A DNA stretch of 64,000 nt from Parcubacteria group bacterium GW2011_GWA1_56_13 (GTDB lineage Bacteria; Patescibacteriota; Minisyncoccia; Phycocordibacterales; Phycocordibacteraceae). Location: positions 115,577 through 179,576 of the forward strand of contig LCRY01000002.1 of NCBI GenBank assembly GCA_001004905.1, read 5' to 3'. Below, piece after piece: positions 9,849 to 17,569 of this stretch. A program made the position numbers and the translations under genes. Position 1 is the stretch's first letter. Every line of letters starts with the position of its first letter. A model generated the notes under the pieces. That model was not told the origin of the DNA, ran no database searches, and saw nothing but the letters and a program-made list of their open reading frames with translations.

Positions 9849-10047
9849 ACCACTGGATGCCGGTAATGGTCTGCGATATCGCTGCGAGCCATAAATGGAG
9901 GGTTGCCATCGTTGCCGCCGCGATGAGTAAGATCAGGCCGGTTGAAATGCTGGAAGCGAGCGGCGGCTTCTCTTGTGCGCGCAGCATCGGGATGAGGGTT
10001 ATGCAGAAGAATATCTGAACTGCCGTAAGCGCGTAATCTTGCCACAT
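9778..10047 (-). CDS. Small multi-pass membrane protein
   Basis: 89 aa with about 3 hydrophobic segments. Starts immediately after the rnr stop; its 3' end overlaps the gdhA 3' end. Confidence 0.65.
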   Translation of the reverse strand: MWQDYALTAVQIFFCITLIPMLRAQEKPPLASSISTGLILLIAAATMATLHLWLAAISQTITGIQWFILAYQRVRNRSAEASPELSSPR

Positions 10048-10051
10048 ATCT

Positions 10052-12004
10052 CTATGTTGCGGGGACGAAGTCCAATTCTTTTTCGGGAATTCGTGCGGCG
10101 ATGAGCTTCACGCGGATAGGATCGCCGAGCTGGAAGGCCTTTTTCGTGCGGCGCCCGACGAGGCGGTAGTGCTTTTCATCGTATTCAAAATAATCGTCAC
10201 CGACGTCCTTGATGCGTATCATGCCGTCGGCGTGCGTGGTCTGCTCTTCGACGTACAGTCCGCGTTCCGTAACGCCCGAAATAACGGCGTCGAATTCCTG
10301 GCCGACTTTGTCGGCCAAGAATTCGACCTGCTTCATTTTAATGGAATCGCGCTCGGCGTCGGAAGCCGCAACTTCGCGCTCGGACGCGTGAAGCGCGAGA
10401 GTGTCGAATTCCTGCATCTCCTGCGGAGTGATCGGAACGCCGCCTGCGTGCGCTTTGATGAGCCGGTGGATAACGAGGTCGGGATATCTGCGGATCGGAG
10501 AGGTGAAGTGCGTGTAGAAGTCGAAGCCCAGACCGAAGTGGCCGATGTTCTTCGTCGCGTACACCGCCTTCGCCATAGACCGCAACGTTGCGGTCTTTAT
10601 GAGATATTCTTCCGGCTTTCCCTTTACTCCCTCCAGGAGGCGGTTCAATTCGGCGCCCGTAACGCGGCCCGCCTGCGTTTTGAGGTTGTAGCCGAGGACG
10701 CGGAGGAAATGAGCGAGATTCTCGATACGATCGGTGTCCGGAGTTTCGTGGACGCGATAGAGGGAGGCGAAATGCGGCCCGCCGTTCGCCGTGAGTTCGG
10801 AGAGATATTTTGCGACCGCTTCGTTGGCGAGAAGCATGAAATCCTCGATAAGGAGGTTCGTCTCTTTCCGTTCCTTGAGAGTGATGGCGATGGGCTTGCC
10901 CTCGGCATTGAGCTTCACCTTGACCTCGGCGGTATCGAATTCTATGGCGCCCTTCGCCTGGCGGGACGTACGTATCTTTTTTGAAAGGTCGAGCAGTGTA
11001 GAAAGCTCCGCATGCATGACGCCCGTTCCCGCGTCGAGCACTTCTTGCGCCTCTTCGTACGTGAAGCGCTTCTTTGAATGGATGACCGTCTCACCGAACC
11101 AGGTATCGAGGATGCGCGCATCGCCGTCGAGCGTGAAGACCGCCGAGACCGCGAGCCGGTCCTCGTTCGGTCGGAGCGAGCAGAGGTCGTTGGAAAGTAT
11201 CTCGGGGAGCATCGGGATGGTGCGGTCAACGAGGTAGACGCTCGTGGCGCGGTGGACAGCTTCCTTATCGAGCGCGCTTCCGGGCTTTACGAAAAAAGAG
11301 ACGTCGGCGATATGAACACCGACTTCCGTCGTGTTGTCCGGAAGGGCGCGTACCGAAAGGGCGTCGTCGAAATCCTTCGCGTCAAAGGGGTCAATGGTGC
11401 ACGTCGCGATTCCCCTGAAATCGCGACGTTTTGGGTTCTTCGCTTCATCGGCGAGCGTGAGGCGTCCGTGTTTTTCAAGATATTCCGCATCGGCGACGGC
11501 GCCGGGAGGGAAGTCGCTCGCGAACCCTTGCCCGAGCGCCAGCGCGCGCATTTCGGTTTCGTGCACGCCGGCCTTGCCGATAACCTCTTCAATAGTACCG
11601 AGCGGATACTCCTTATCAGCGGGCCACTCCCCGAGGCGCACAAGAAGTTTGTCGCCGAGATGCGCATTGCCCCTATCCATAATAACGATAGGGACATGCA
11701 TCTTCTTATAGTCGGGCGCAAGCAGGGTGAGCCCATTTTCTTCAATGAGCGTACCGACGAACGTCTCGCGCGCGCGGGAAATTATTTCGACTACCTTGCC
11801 TGCCGCTCTGGGGGGCATCCGCCCCGAGGGATCGCGATATGCGCCTGCCGGAGCGACCTTCACGATGTCTCCCGAAAGGGCGTGATTCGTCCACTCGCTT
11901 GGGATAAGCAGGTCCTCCGTGTCTTCGCCCACGGGAAAAAACCCGATGCCTTTCCGGGTCATCGTTATCGGACCCTCGTATATGATGTTCGCATCTGCCG
12001 ACAT
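10052..12004 (-). CDS. rnr: Ribonuclease R (RNB domain plus S1)
   Basis: Motifs TIDPFDAKDFDDALS, VHIADVS, LIEDFMLLANE and YTHFTSPIRRYPDL; C-terminal S1 domain. Confidence 0.95.
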   Translation of the reverse strand: MSADANIIYEGPITMTRKGIGFFPVGEDTEDLLIPSEWTNHALSGDIVKVAPAGAYRDPSGRMPPRAAGKVVEIISRARETFVGTLIEENGLTLLAPDYKKMHVPIVIMDRGNAHLGDKLLVRLGEWPADKEYPLGTIEEVIGKAGVHETEMRALALGQGFASDFPPGAVADAEYLEKHGRLTLADEAKNPKRRDFRGIATCTIDPFDAKDFDDALSVRALPDNTTEVGVHIADVSFFVKPGSALDKEAVHRATSVYLVDRTIPMLPEILSNDLCSLRPNEDRLAVSAVFTLDGDARILDTWFGETVIHSKKRFTYEEAQEVLDAGTGVMHAELSTLLDLSKKIRTSRQAKGAIEFDTAEVKVKLNAEGKPIAITLKERKETNLLIEDFMLLANEAVAKYLSELTANGGPHFASLYRVHETPDTDRIENLAHFLRVLGYNLKTQAGRVTGAELNRLLEGVKGKPEEYLIKTATLRSMAKAVYATKNIGHFGLGFDFYTHFTSPIRRYPDLVIHRLIKAHAGGVPITPQEMQEFDTLALHASEREVAASDAERDSIKMKQVEFLADKVGQEFDAVISGVTERGLYVEEQTTHADGMIRIKDVGDDYFEYDEKHYRLVGRRTKKAFQLGDPIRVKLIAARIPEKELDFVPAT

Positions 12005-12037
12005 TTCCCGTACTCTAGCAATATAACCCCGCTTCTG

Positions 12038-12084
12038 CTATACCACCACACCAACTTTGCGCTGAAGTTGGTGTGGTGGTATAG
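12038..12084. repeat. Perfect 20-bp inverted repeat between divergent rnr and rpsP
   Basis: CTATACCACCACACCAACTT-tgcgctg-AAGTTGGTGTGGTGGTATAG. Confidence 0.85.
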
Positions 12085-12092
12085 TCGCCCTC

Positions 12093-12581
12093 ATGTTGAT
12101 GATACGATTTCAGCGCATCGGCCGGACCAATGATCCGGCATTTCGCATTGTCGTGCTCGAAAAGGAGCGCGCGGCAAAGACGGGCAATATCGTCGAACTT
12201 CTCGGCACCTACAATCCGCGGAGCAAGGCGCTGACATTGGATGAGGCGAAAGTAAAGGGATGGCTCGCCAAAGGCGCCCAGCCGACCGGCTCCATTCATA
12301 ATCTTCTCATCACGAAGGGTGTTATACAGGGAAAGAAGGTGAACGTGCTCTCCAAGAAGACGCCGCAGAAAGGGGAGAGTGCGGAGCCCGCACCTGCTGT
12401 GCCGACGACCGAGAAGGAAGCCGTCCCGACGGAAGCGCCGACCGAAGCGGAAATAATCGCCGAAGTCGCAGGTACTGACGAGGGAAGCGCGGTTCCCGCC
12501 GAGAAAGCTCCGGAAGAGACGCCTGTAACGGAAGACGTGTCCGCCGAAGCTTCGGCGAAGGAGGAGAAACCGGCCGCGTAA
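12093..12581 (+). CDS. rpsP: 30S ribosomal protein S16 with an acidic Ala/Glu/Pro-rich C-terminal tail
   Basis: MLMIRFQRIGR...ELLGTYNP...WLAKGAQPT. Confidence 0.95.
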   Translation: MLMIRFQRIGRTNDPAFRIVVLEKERAAKTGNIVELLGTYNPRSKALTLDEAKVKGWLAKGAQPTGSIHNLLITKGVIQGKKVNVLSKKTPQKGESAEPAPAVPTTEKEAVPTEAPTEAEIIAEVAGTDEGSAVPAEKAPEETPVTEDVSAEASAKEEKPAA

Positions 12582-12616
12582 CTATCATCCGCCAGTTGGC
12601 GGACTAACATACCCCC

Positions 12617-12946
12617 ATGGAACCAGACCAAGCATTTCTCGAATACGCCGTCAAAGCCCTCGCCGACCACCCCGAATCGGTCGAGACCACCCGCACCATC
12701 GACCAGATGGGCGTCCTCCTCACGCTTACCGTTCATCCCGAGGACATGGGCAAGATCATCGGCAAAGGCGGAAAGACGGCCGAGGCCCTCCGTATCCTCC
12801 TCCGGGTCGTCGGTATGAAGGGGAATGCGCGCGTTAATTTGAAAATAAACGAACCCGTCGGCGGCAAACGGGACCTCTCCGACGCCTCGACAAAGGAAAG
12901 CGATCGTGGGAACAAGACCGTCGATGATGTGGTTGATGAGATGTAG
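12617..12946 (+). CDS. khpA: KH-domain RNA-binding protein (KhpA/YlqC)
   Basis: KH motif VHPEDMGKIIGKGGKTA; canonical position after rpsP. Confidence 0.9.
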   Translation: MEPDQAFLEYAVKALADHPESVETTRTIDQMGVLLTLTVHPEDMGKIIGKGGKTAEALRILLRVVGMKGNARVNLKINEPVGGKRDLSDASTKESDRGNKTVDDVVDEM

Positions 12947-12966
12947 CAATCGCATCTCAATGCCTA

Positions 12967-12998
12967 CCATTTCCTTATTGCGAATCTTTTGCGTTTAG
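12967..12998 (+). promoter_or_regulatory. Putative Fur/Zur-family operator upstream of trmD
   Basis: 30/32 identical to 43626-43657 upstream of the Fur-family gene; imperfect palindrome ATTGCGAAT-C-TTTTGCGTT. Confidence 0.6.
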
Positions 12999-13005
12999 AT
13001 ACATC

Positions 13006-13680
13006 ATGATGCGATTCCATCTCATCACGCTTTTCGAGGACGAGTGCGACGCGTACCTTTCGGCGTCCATTGTCGGCCGCGCTCGGAAAGAGAAAAAGAT
13101 ATCGGTCGCCTATCAAAACCCGCGCGATTTTGTAGATAACAAATGGGGAAAAGTCGATGAGCGCCCGTACGGCGGCGGCCCCGGGATGGTAATGTCCGCA
13201 ATGCCCGTTGCCCGTGCTGTTCAACGGGCATTGCGGATCCCGACGAGTCCGCGAGGAGGGATGAAGAAAAGCAGGGCGGTGATTATCTGGTTCTCTCCAA
13301 GCGCGAAGCAATTCACGAACAAAGATGCCGATGCGCTCGCGAAATACGGCGATATCGCGCTCGTCTGCGGCCGCTATGAGGGCATTGACGAACGCGCGAA
13401 GAAAATCCTGAAGACGCTCGCGCCGGTCAAAGAGTTTGCGGTGGGCGAAGCCGTCTACACGGGCGGAGAGGTCCCGGCGCTCGCCGTGGTGGACGCGGTT
13501 ACGCGCCGCCTGCCGGGCGTGCTCGGCAAGGATGCATCAGTGGAAGAACGCCGCATCGCCTCCCGCGCCGTCTACACCCGCCCAGAAACTATTGAATATA
13601 AGAAGAAAAAATATCAAGTACCCAAAGTCCTCCAAACGGGACATCACGCCAACATCAACGCCTGGCGCCAAAAGAGGTAA
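13006..13680 (+). CDS. trmD: tRNA (guanine37-N1)-methyltransferase
   Basis: Motifs VDERPYGGGPGMV, LVCGRYEGIDER, TGGEVPAL and YTRP. Confidence 0.95.
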   Translation: MMRFHLITLFEDECDAYLSASIVGRARKEKKISVAYQNPRDFVDNKWGKVDERPYGGGPGMVMSAMPVARAVQRALRIPTSPRGGMKKSRAVIIWFSPSAKQFTNKDADALAKYGDIALVCGRYEGIDERAKKILKTLAPVKEFAVGEAVYTGGEVPALAVVDAVTRRLPGVLGKDASVEERRIASRAVYTRPETIEYKKKKYQVPKVLQTGHHANINAWRQKR

Positions 13681-13699
13681 TACAGAAGGCGCCATTCTG

Positions 13700-13726
13700 C
13701 ATTTAGGACACGCCGTGTCCTAAATG
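13700..13726. repeat. REP-like hairpin (12-bp stem, 3-nt loop)
   Basis: CATTTAGGACAC-GCC-GTGTCCTAAATG. Confidence 0.75.
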
Positions 13727-13840
13727 GGTCTTGACCGGCCATAACGCGAACATTGACGAATGGAGGAAAATCAAGCAGAATTCTCATCGAAGTTCGGAGT
13801 ACCTTCCCACACAACTTACAACCATTGAGGGAGAACTGGA

Positions 13841-14131
13841 ATGTTCGCAAAATCGATGTGTTTTATTAAAGTATCGATGTCTGAGGTACGGCATGTAAAT
13901 GTGATTGATTGGTATGGGCCTTATAAAAACGAAATAGAAGCCAAAAGACATCTCTTCAAGAATCACTGGGGACACGTCCCGCAGAAAGATTGCTGGTATG
14001 CGGATATCCCATACAGCGATAATGAGGCAGACGGAACCTACAGGCTAGAAGCAAGGATAGAAATCCTTCCCACATTCCCCAGAAAGAAACTGCATGTAAA
14101 CGGTCAGCCAGACCGGAGATATGAAGAATAA
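13841..14131 (+). CDS. Hypothetical protein (AT-rich orphan)
   Basis: SD-like GAGGGAG before the ATG; TTGACG-N17-CAGAAT upstream; hairpin terminator downstream. Confidence 0.65.
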   Translation: MFAKSMCFIKVSMSEVRHVNVIDWYGPYKNEIEAKRHLFKNHWGHVPQKDCWYADIPYSDNEADGTYRLEARIEILPTFPRKKLHVNGQPDRRYEE

Positions 14132-14136
14132 GGCCT

Positions 14137-14165
14137 CGCCCCGTCCCAAGGACGGGGTCGCTTTT
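14137..14165 (+). terminator. Intrinsic terminator
   Basis: CCCCGTCC-caa-GGACGGGG followed by TTTT. Confidence 0.65.
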
Positions 14166-14177
14166 ATCCCCAGGGGG

Positions 14178-14205
14178 TTGCCGCGAAAGGGCGATATGCT
14201 ATACT
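14178..14205 (+). promoter_or_regulatory. Putative sigma70 promoter of rpoBC
   Basis: TTGCCG-N16-TATACT with an extended -10 TG. Confidence 0.5.
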
Positions 14206-14370
14206 CGCATTTATAAGATACGAGTGAGTCACGGAGGGCGGGGTAAACGATGCATCATCGGGCCGTCGGGCCTTCATACGGGAACCGAAGAAAACGCATA
14301 AGCGAAAGCGGATTTGTTTCCGTGCGTTCGTGTTTCTATATTTCCATTTTTATTAATTCACGCCACCCAC

Positions 14371-17300
14371 ATGTACAAAAACATCGTTCAGAAGACATTT
14401 GGTGCGTATCGAGCTCCCTCGGTTCCGTTCCCGGACCTCGTTGGGCACCAGCGGTCTTCGTTCGACTGGCTTTTAAAGGACGGCCTCGCGGAGCTTTTTA
14501 AGGAATTTTCCCCGATATCCGATTATTCGGGAAAGAAATTCGAATTACGGTTCGAAAGTTTTGAGATAGGAGAGCCGAAATACGACGAAGAGTTCGCGCG
14601 CGCCAATATGCGCACCTACGAGGCGCCGATAAAGGCGACGGTCAAGCTCGTCAACAAAACCTTCGGTTCGGAGAAGTCGCAGGAAATATTCCTCGCGGAC
14701 ATGCCGATGATGACGCCGCACGGCTCATTCATCGTTTCTGGCGTGGAGCGCGCCATCGTGCCCCAGCTCGCCCGCAGTTTCGGAGCGTTCTTCGTTTCGG
14801 AGCTTATCCGCGGCAAACCGTTCTTCGGCGCGAAGATCATCCCGCTCCGGGGCGTCTGGATAGAGTTCGATTCGGAAGCCGACGGCGCCATTTTCGTGAA
14901 GATAGACCGCAAGCGCAAATTCCCCATTACCCAGCTTCTGACCGTGTTCGGCGGCGGTCTCGGCGAGACGCTCACCAAGCATTTCGCCAAGGACTCGCTC
15001 GCTCTTTCGGCCATCAAGGCCACGCTCGAACACGACGAAGCGAAGTCAATCGAGGAAGCGTATATCGAGATACACCGCCGCATGCGCGACGGCGACCTCG
15101 CGACGCCCGAGAACGCGAAGAACTTCGTACAGTCGCTCTTCTCGGTGGAACGCTACGACCTCGGAAAGGTCGGCCGCCACCGCCTCAACGCCCGTTTCGG
15201 CCTCCCGACCACCGAGAAAGCGCTTGAGAAGCGCATATTGTCCCTTCCGGATTTCGTCCGCATCATTTCGGAGATAACGAAACTGAATGCCGATCCGTCG
15301 GCGCGTCCGGACGATATCGACCACCTGGGTTTCCGCCGCGTGCGCTTCGTCGGCGAGCTCCTCCAGTCCCGCATGCGGGTGGGCATGAGCCGCATGAAGC
15401 GAAATATCCAGGACCGCATGTCCACCATCGAGAGCGAAACGACGCTTCCCATGGCGCTCGTCAATCCGCGGCCCTTCCATGCGTCCGTTCACGAATTCTT
15501 CACCGCCAATCAGCTTTCGCAATTCATGGATCAGCAGAATATCCTCGCCGAACTAGAGAACATGCGCACGCTCTCCGCGCTCGGTCCCGGCGGCCTCACG
15601 CGCGAACGGGCGGGCTTCGAGGTGCGCGACGTGCATCCTTCCCACTACGGACGCCTCTGTCCCATCCACACGCCGGAAGGCCAGAACATCGGCCTCATTC
15701 TCCGTCTCGCGACCCACGCGCGCACGAACGACTTCGGCGTCATCGAGACCCCGTACGTCAAGGTAAAAAATGGCAAGACGACCGACGAGATCGTGTATCT
15801 CAATGCGCTCGACGAAGAGCTTGAATACATCGCGCATGGCGCGACCAAGCTCGACGAGCATGGCCGCATCCGCACCGACTTCGTGGAAGCCCGCCACAAG
15901 GGCGACCCCATTATCGTCGCGCGCGAGGCGGTGACGCTCATGGACGCTTCCACCTACCAGATGTTCTCCATCGCCACCGCGATGATCCCGTTCGTTGACC
16001 ATGATGATGCGAACCGCGCGCTCATGGGTTCAAACATGCAGAAACAGGCGACTCCGGTTTTGATCCCGGAGATACCGCTCGTTGCTACCGGCATCGAGGC
16101 GCATGCCGCCCGCTCGACCGGCCGCCTCGTTCTCGCCGAAGAAGCGGGCGAGGTCTCGCAGGTGGATGCGCGCCGCATCGTCGTAAAAAACAAGGACGGA
16201 AAAGCCAAGGAATACCGCCTTCAGGGCCTTACCCAGACCAACCAAAACTCCGCATTCATGCAGAGGCCGTCGGTCGTGCTCGGCGACAAAGTGAAGAGGG
16301 GCGCAGTGCTCGCCGACAACTCTTCCACCGACCAGGGACAGCTCGCCCTCGGGCAGAACGTGCGCGTTGCCTTCATGAGCTGGAACGGCGCGAACTACGA
16401 GGACGCGATCATCATTTCCGAACGCCTCGTTGAAGAGGCGAAGTTCACGACCGTCCATATCGAGGACTTCGACTGCGTGGTGCGCGACACAAAGCTCGGT
16501 CCCGAGACGACGACGCACGACATCCCGAACGTCGGCGAGCTCCGGCTGAAGAATCTCGACGAAGAGGGCGTCATCCGCATCGGCGCGGAAGTGCGCCCCG
16601 GCGATATTCTCGTCGGCAAAGTAACGCCGAAGGGCGAGACCCAGCTTACTCCGGAGGAGCGCCTTCTGCGCAGTATCTTCGGCGACAAGGCGAAGGATGT
16701 GAAAGACACCAGTTTGCGCATGGAGGGTGGGAAGCGCGGCCGCGTCATCGGAGTTCGCGTGTTCTCGCGCGAAAAAGGCGACCAGCTTGAGAGCGGCATT
16801 ATCAAGAAGATTGTCGTTACGGTGGCGCAGGTACGGAACGTTTCGGTCGGCGACAAGCTCGCGGGACGCCACGGCAACAAAGGCGTCATCAGCCGCGTGC
16901 TTCCCGTATGCGATATGCCGTACGATAAGGACGGCAATCCGGTAGACCTCATTCTCACGCCGCTCGGCGTTCCCTCCCGCATGAATCTCGGGCAGATACT
17001 CGAGATGCATCTCGGACTTGCGGCGCATACGCTCAACTATCAGGCCGTCGTGCCGCCGTTCGCGGGCGCGACCGCCGAGGAGATCCGCGACGAGCTCGTT
17101 TCCGCCGGCTTCGACCGCGGCGGGAAGATGCAGCTTTTCGACGGCCGCTCGGGTGACGCGTTCGCCCAGACCATCGCGGTCGGCTACATGTATATCCTCA
17201 AATTGCATCACATGGTGGAGGACAAGATCCACATGCGCTCCATCGGTCCTTACTCGCTCATCACCCAGCAGCCCTTGGGCGGCAAAGCGCAGAACGGCGG

Positions 17301-17547
17301 ACAGCGCTTCGGCGAGATGGAAGTATGGGCCCTCCTCGGCTACGGAGCCGCGTACACCCTGCGCGAGATGCTCACTATTAAATCGGACGACATCCAAGGC
17401 CGTTCCGCCGCCTTCGACGCCATCGTAAAAGGCGAGCCCATCAGCCACACCGGCACACCCGCGTCCTTCGCTGTGCTTACCAACCAGATCCGCGGCCTCG
17501 CGCTCGATGTGGAGCCGTTGAACCTGCCGCCGGAGCCGGCCGCGTAA
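14371..17547 (+). CDS. rpoB: RNA polymerase beta subunit
   Basis: Motifs GFEVRDVHPSHYGRLCP, DDANRALMGSNMQKQA, GDKLAGRHGNKG and GGQRFGEME. Start placed at ATG 14371. Confidence 0.98.
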   Translation: MYKNIVQKTFGAYRAPSVPFPDLVGHQRSSFDWLLKDGLAELFKEFSPISDYSGKKFELRFESFEIGEPKYDEEFARANMRTYEAPIKATVKLVNKTFGSEKSQEIFLADMPMMTPHGSFIVSGVERAIVPQLARSFGAFFVSELIRGKPFFGAKIIPLRGVWIEFDSEADGAIFVKIDRKRKFPITQLLTVFGGGLGETLTKHFAKDSLALSAIKATLEHDEAKSIEEAYIEIHRRMRDGDLATPENAKNFVQSLFSVERYDLGKVGRHRLNARFGLPTTEKALEKRILSLPDFVRIISEITKLNADPSARPDDIDHLGFRRVRFVGELLQSRMRVGMSRMKRNIQDRMSTIESETTLPMALVNPRPFHASVHEFFTANQLSQFMDQQNILAELENMRTLSALGPGGLTRERAGFEVRDVHPSHYGRLCPIHTPEGQNIGLILRLATHARTNDFGVIETPYVKVKNGKTTDEIVYLNALDEELEYIAHGATKLDEHGRIRTDFVEARHKGDPIIVAREAVTLMDASTYQMFSIATAMIPFVDHDDANRALMGSNMQKQATPVLIPEIPLVATGIEAHAARSTGRLVLAEEAGEVSQVDARRIVVKNKDGKAKEYRLQGLTQTNQNSAFMQRPSVVLGDKVKRGAVLADNSSTDQGQLALGQNVRVAFMSWNGANYEDAIIISERLVEEAKFTTVHIEDFDCVVRDTKLGPETTTHDIPNVGELRLKNLDEEGVIRIGAEVRPGDILVGKVTPKGETQLTPEERLLRSIFGDKAKDVKDTSLRMEGGKRGRVIGVRVFSREKGDQLESGIIKKIVVTVAQVRNVSVGDKLAGRHGNKGVISRVLPVCDMPYDKDGNPVDLILTPLGVPSRMNLGQILEMHLGLAAHTLNYQAVVPPFAGATAEEIRDELVSAGFDRGGKMQLFDGRSGDAFAQTIAVGYMYILKLHHMVEDKIHMRSIGPYSLITQQPLGGKAQNGGQRFGEMEVWALLGYGAAYTLREMLTIKSDDIQGRSAAFDAIVKGEPISHTGTPASFAVLTNQIRGLALDVEPLNLPPEPAA

Positions 17548-17569
17548 TTTATTTATTTCTCTCACCCTT

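Noticed and set aside
12617-13006. Missing rimM between khpA and trmD
   Set aside because: Consistent with known gene loss in reduced CPR genomes and not novel by itself.
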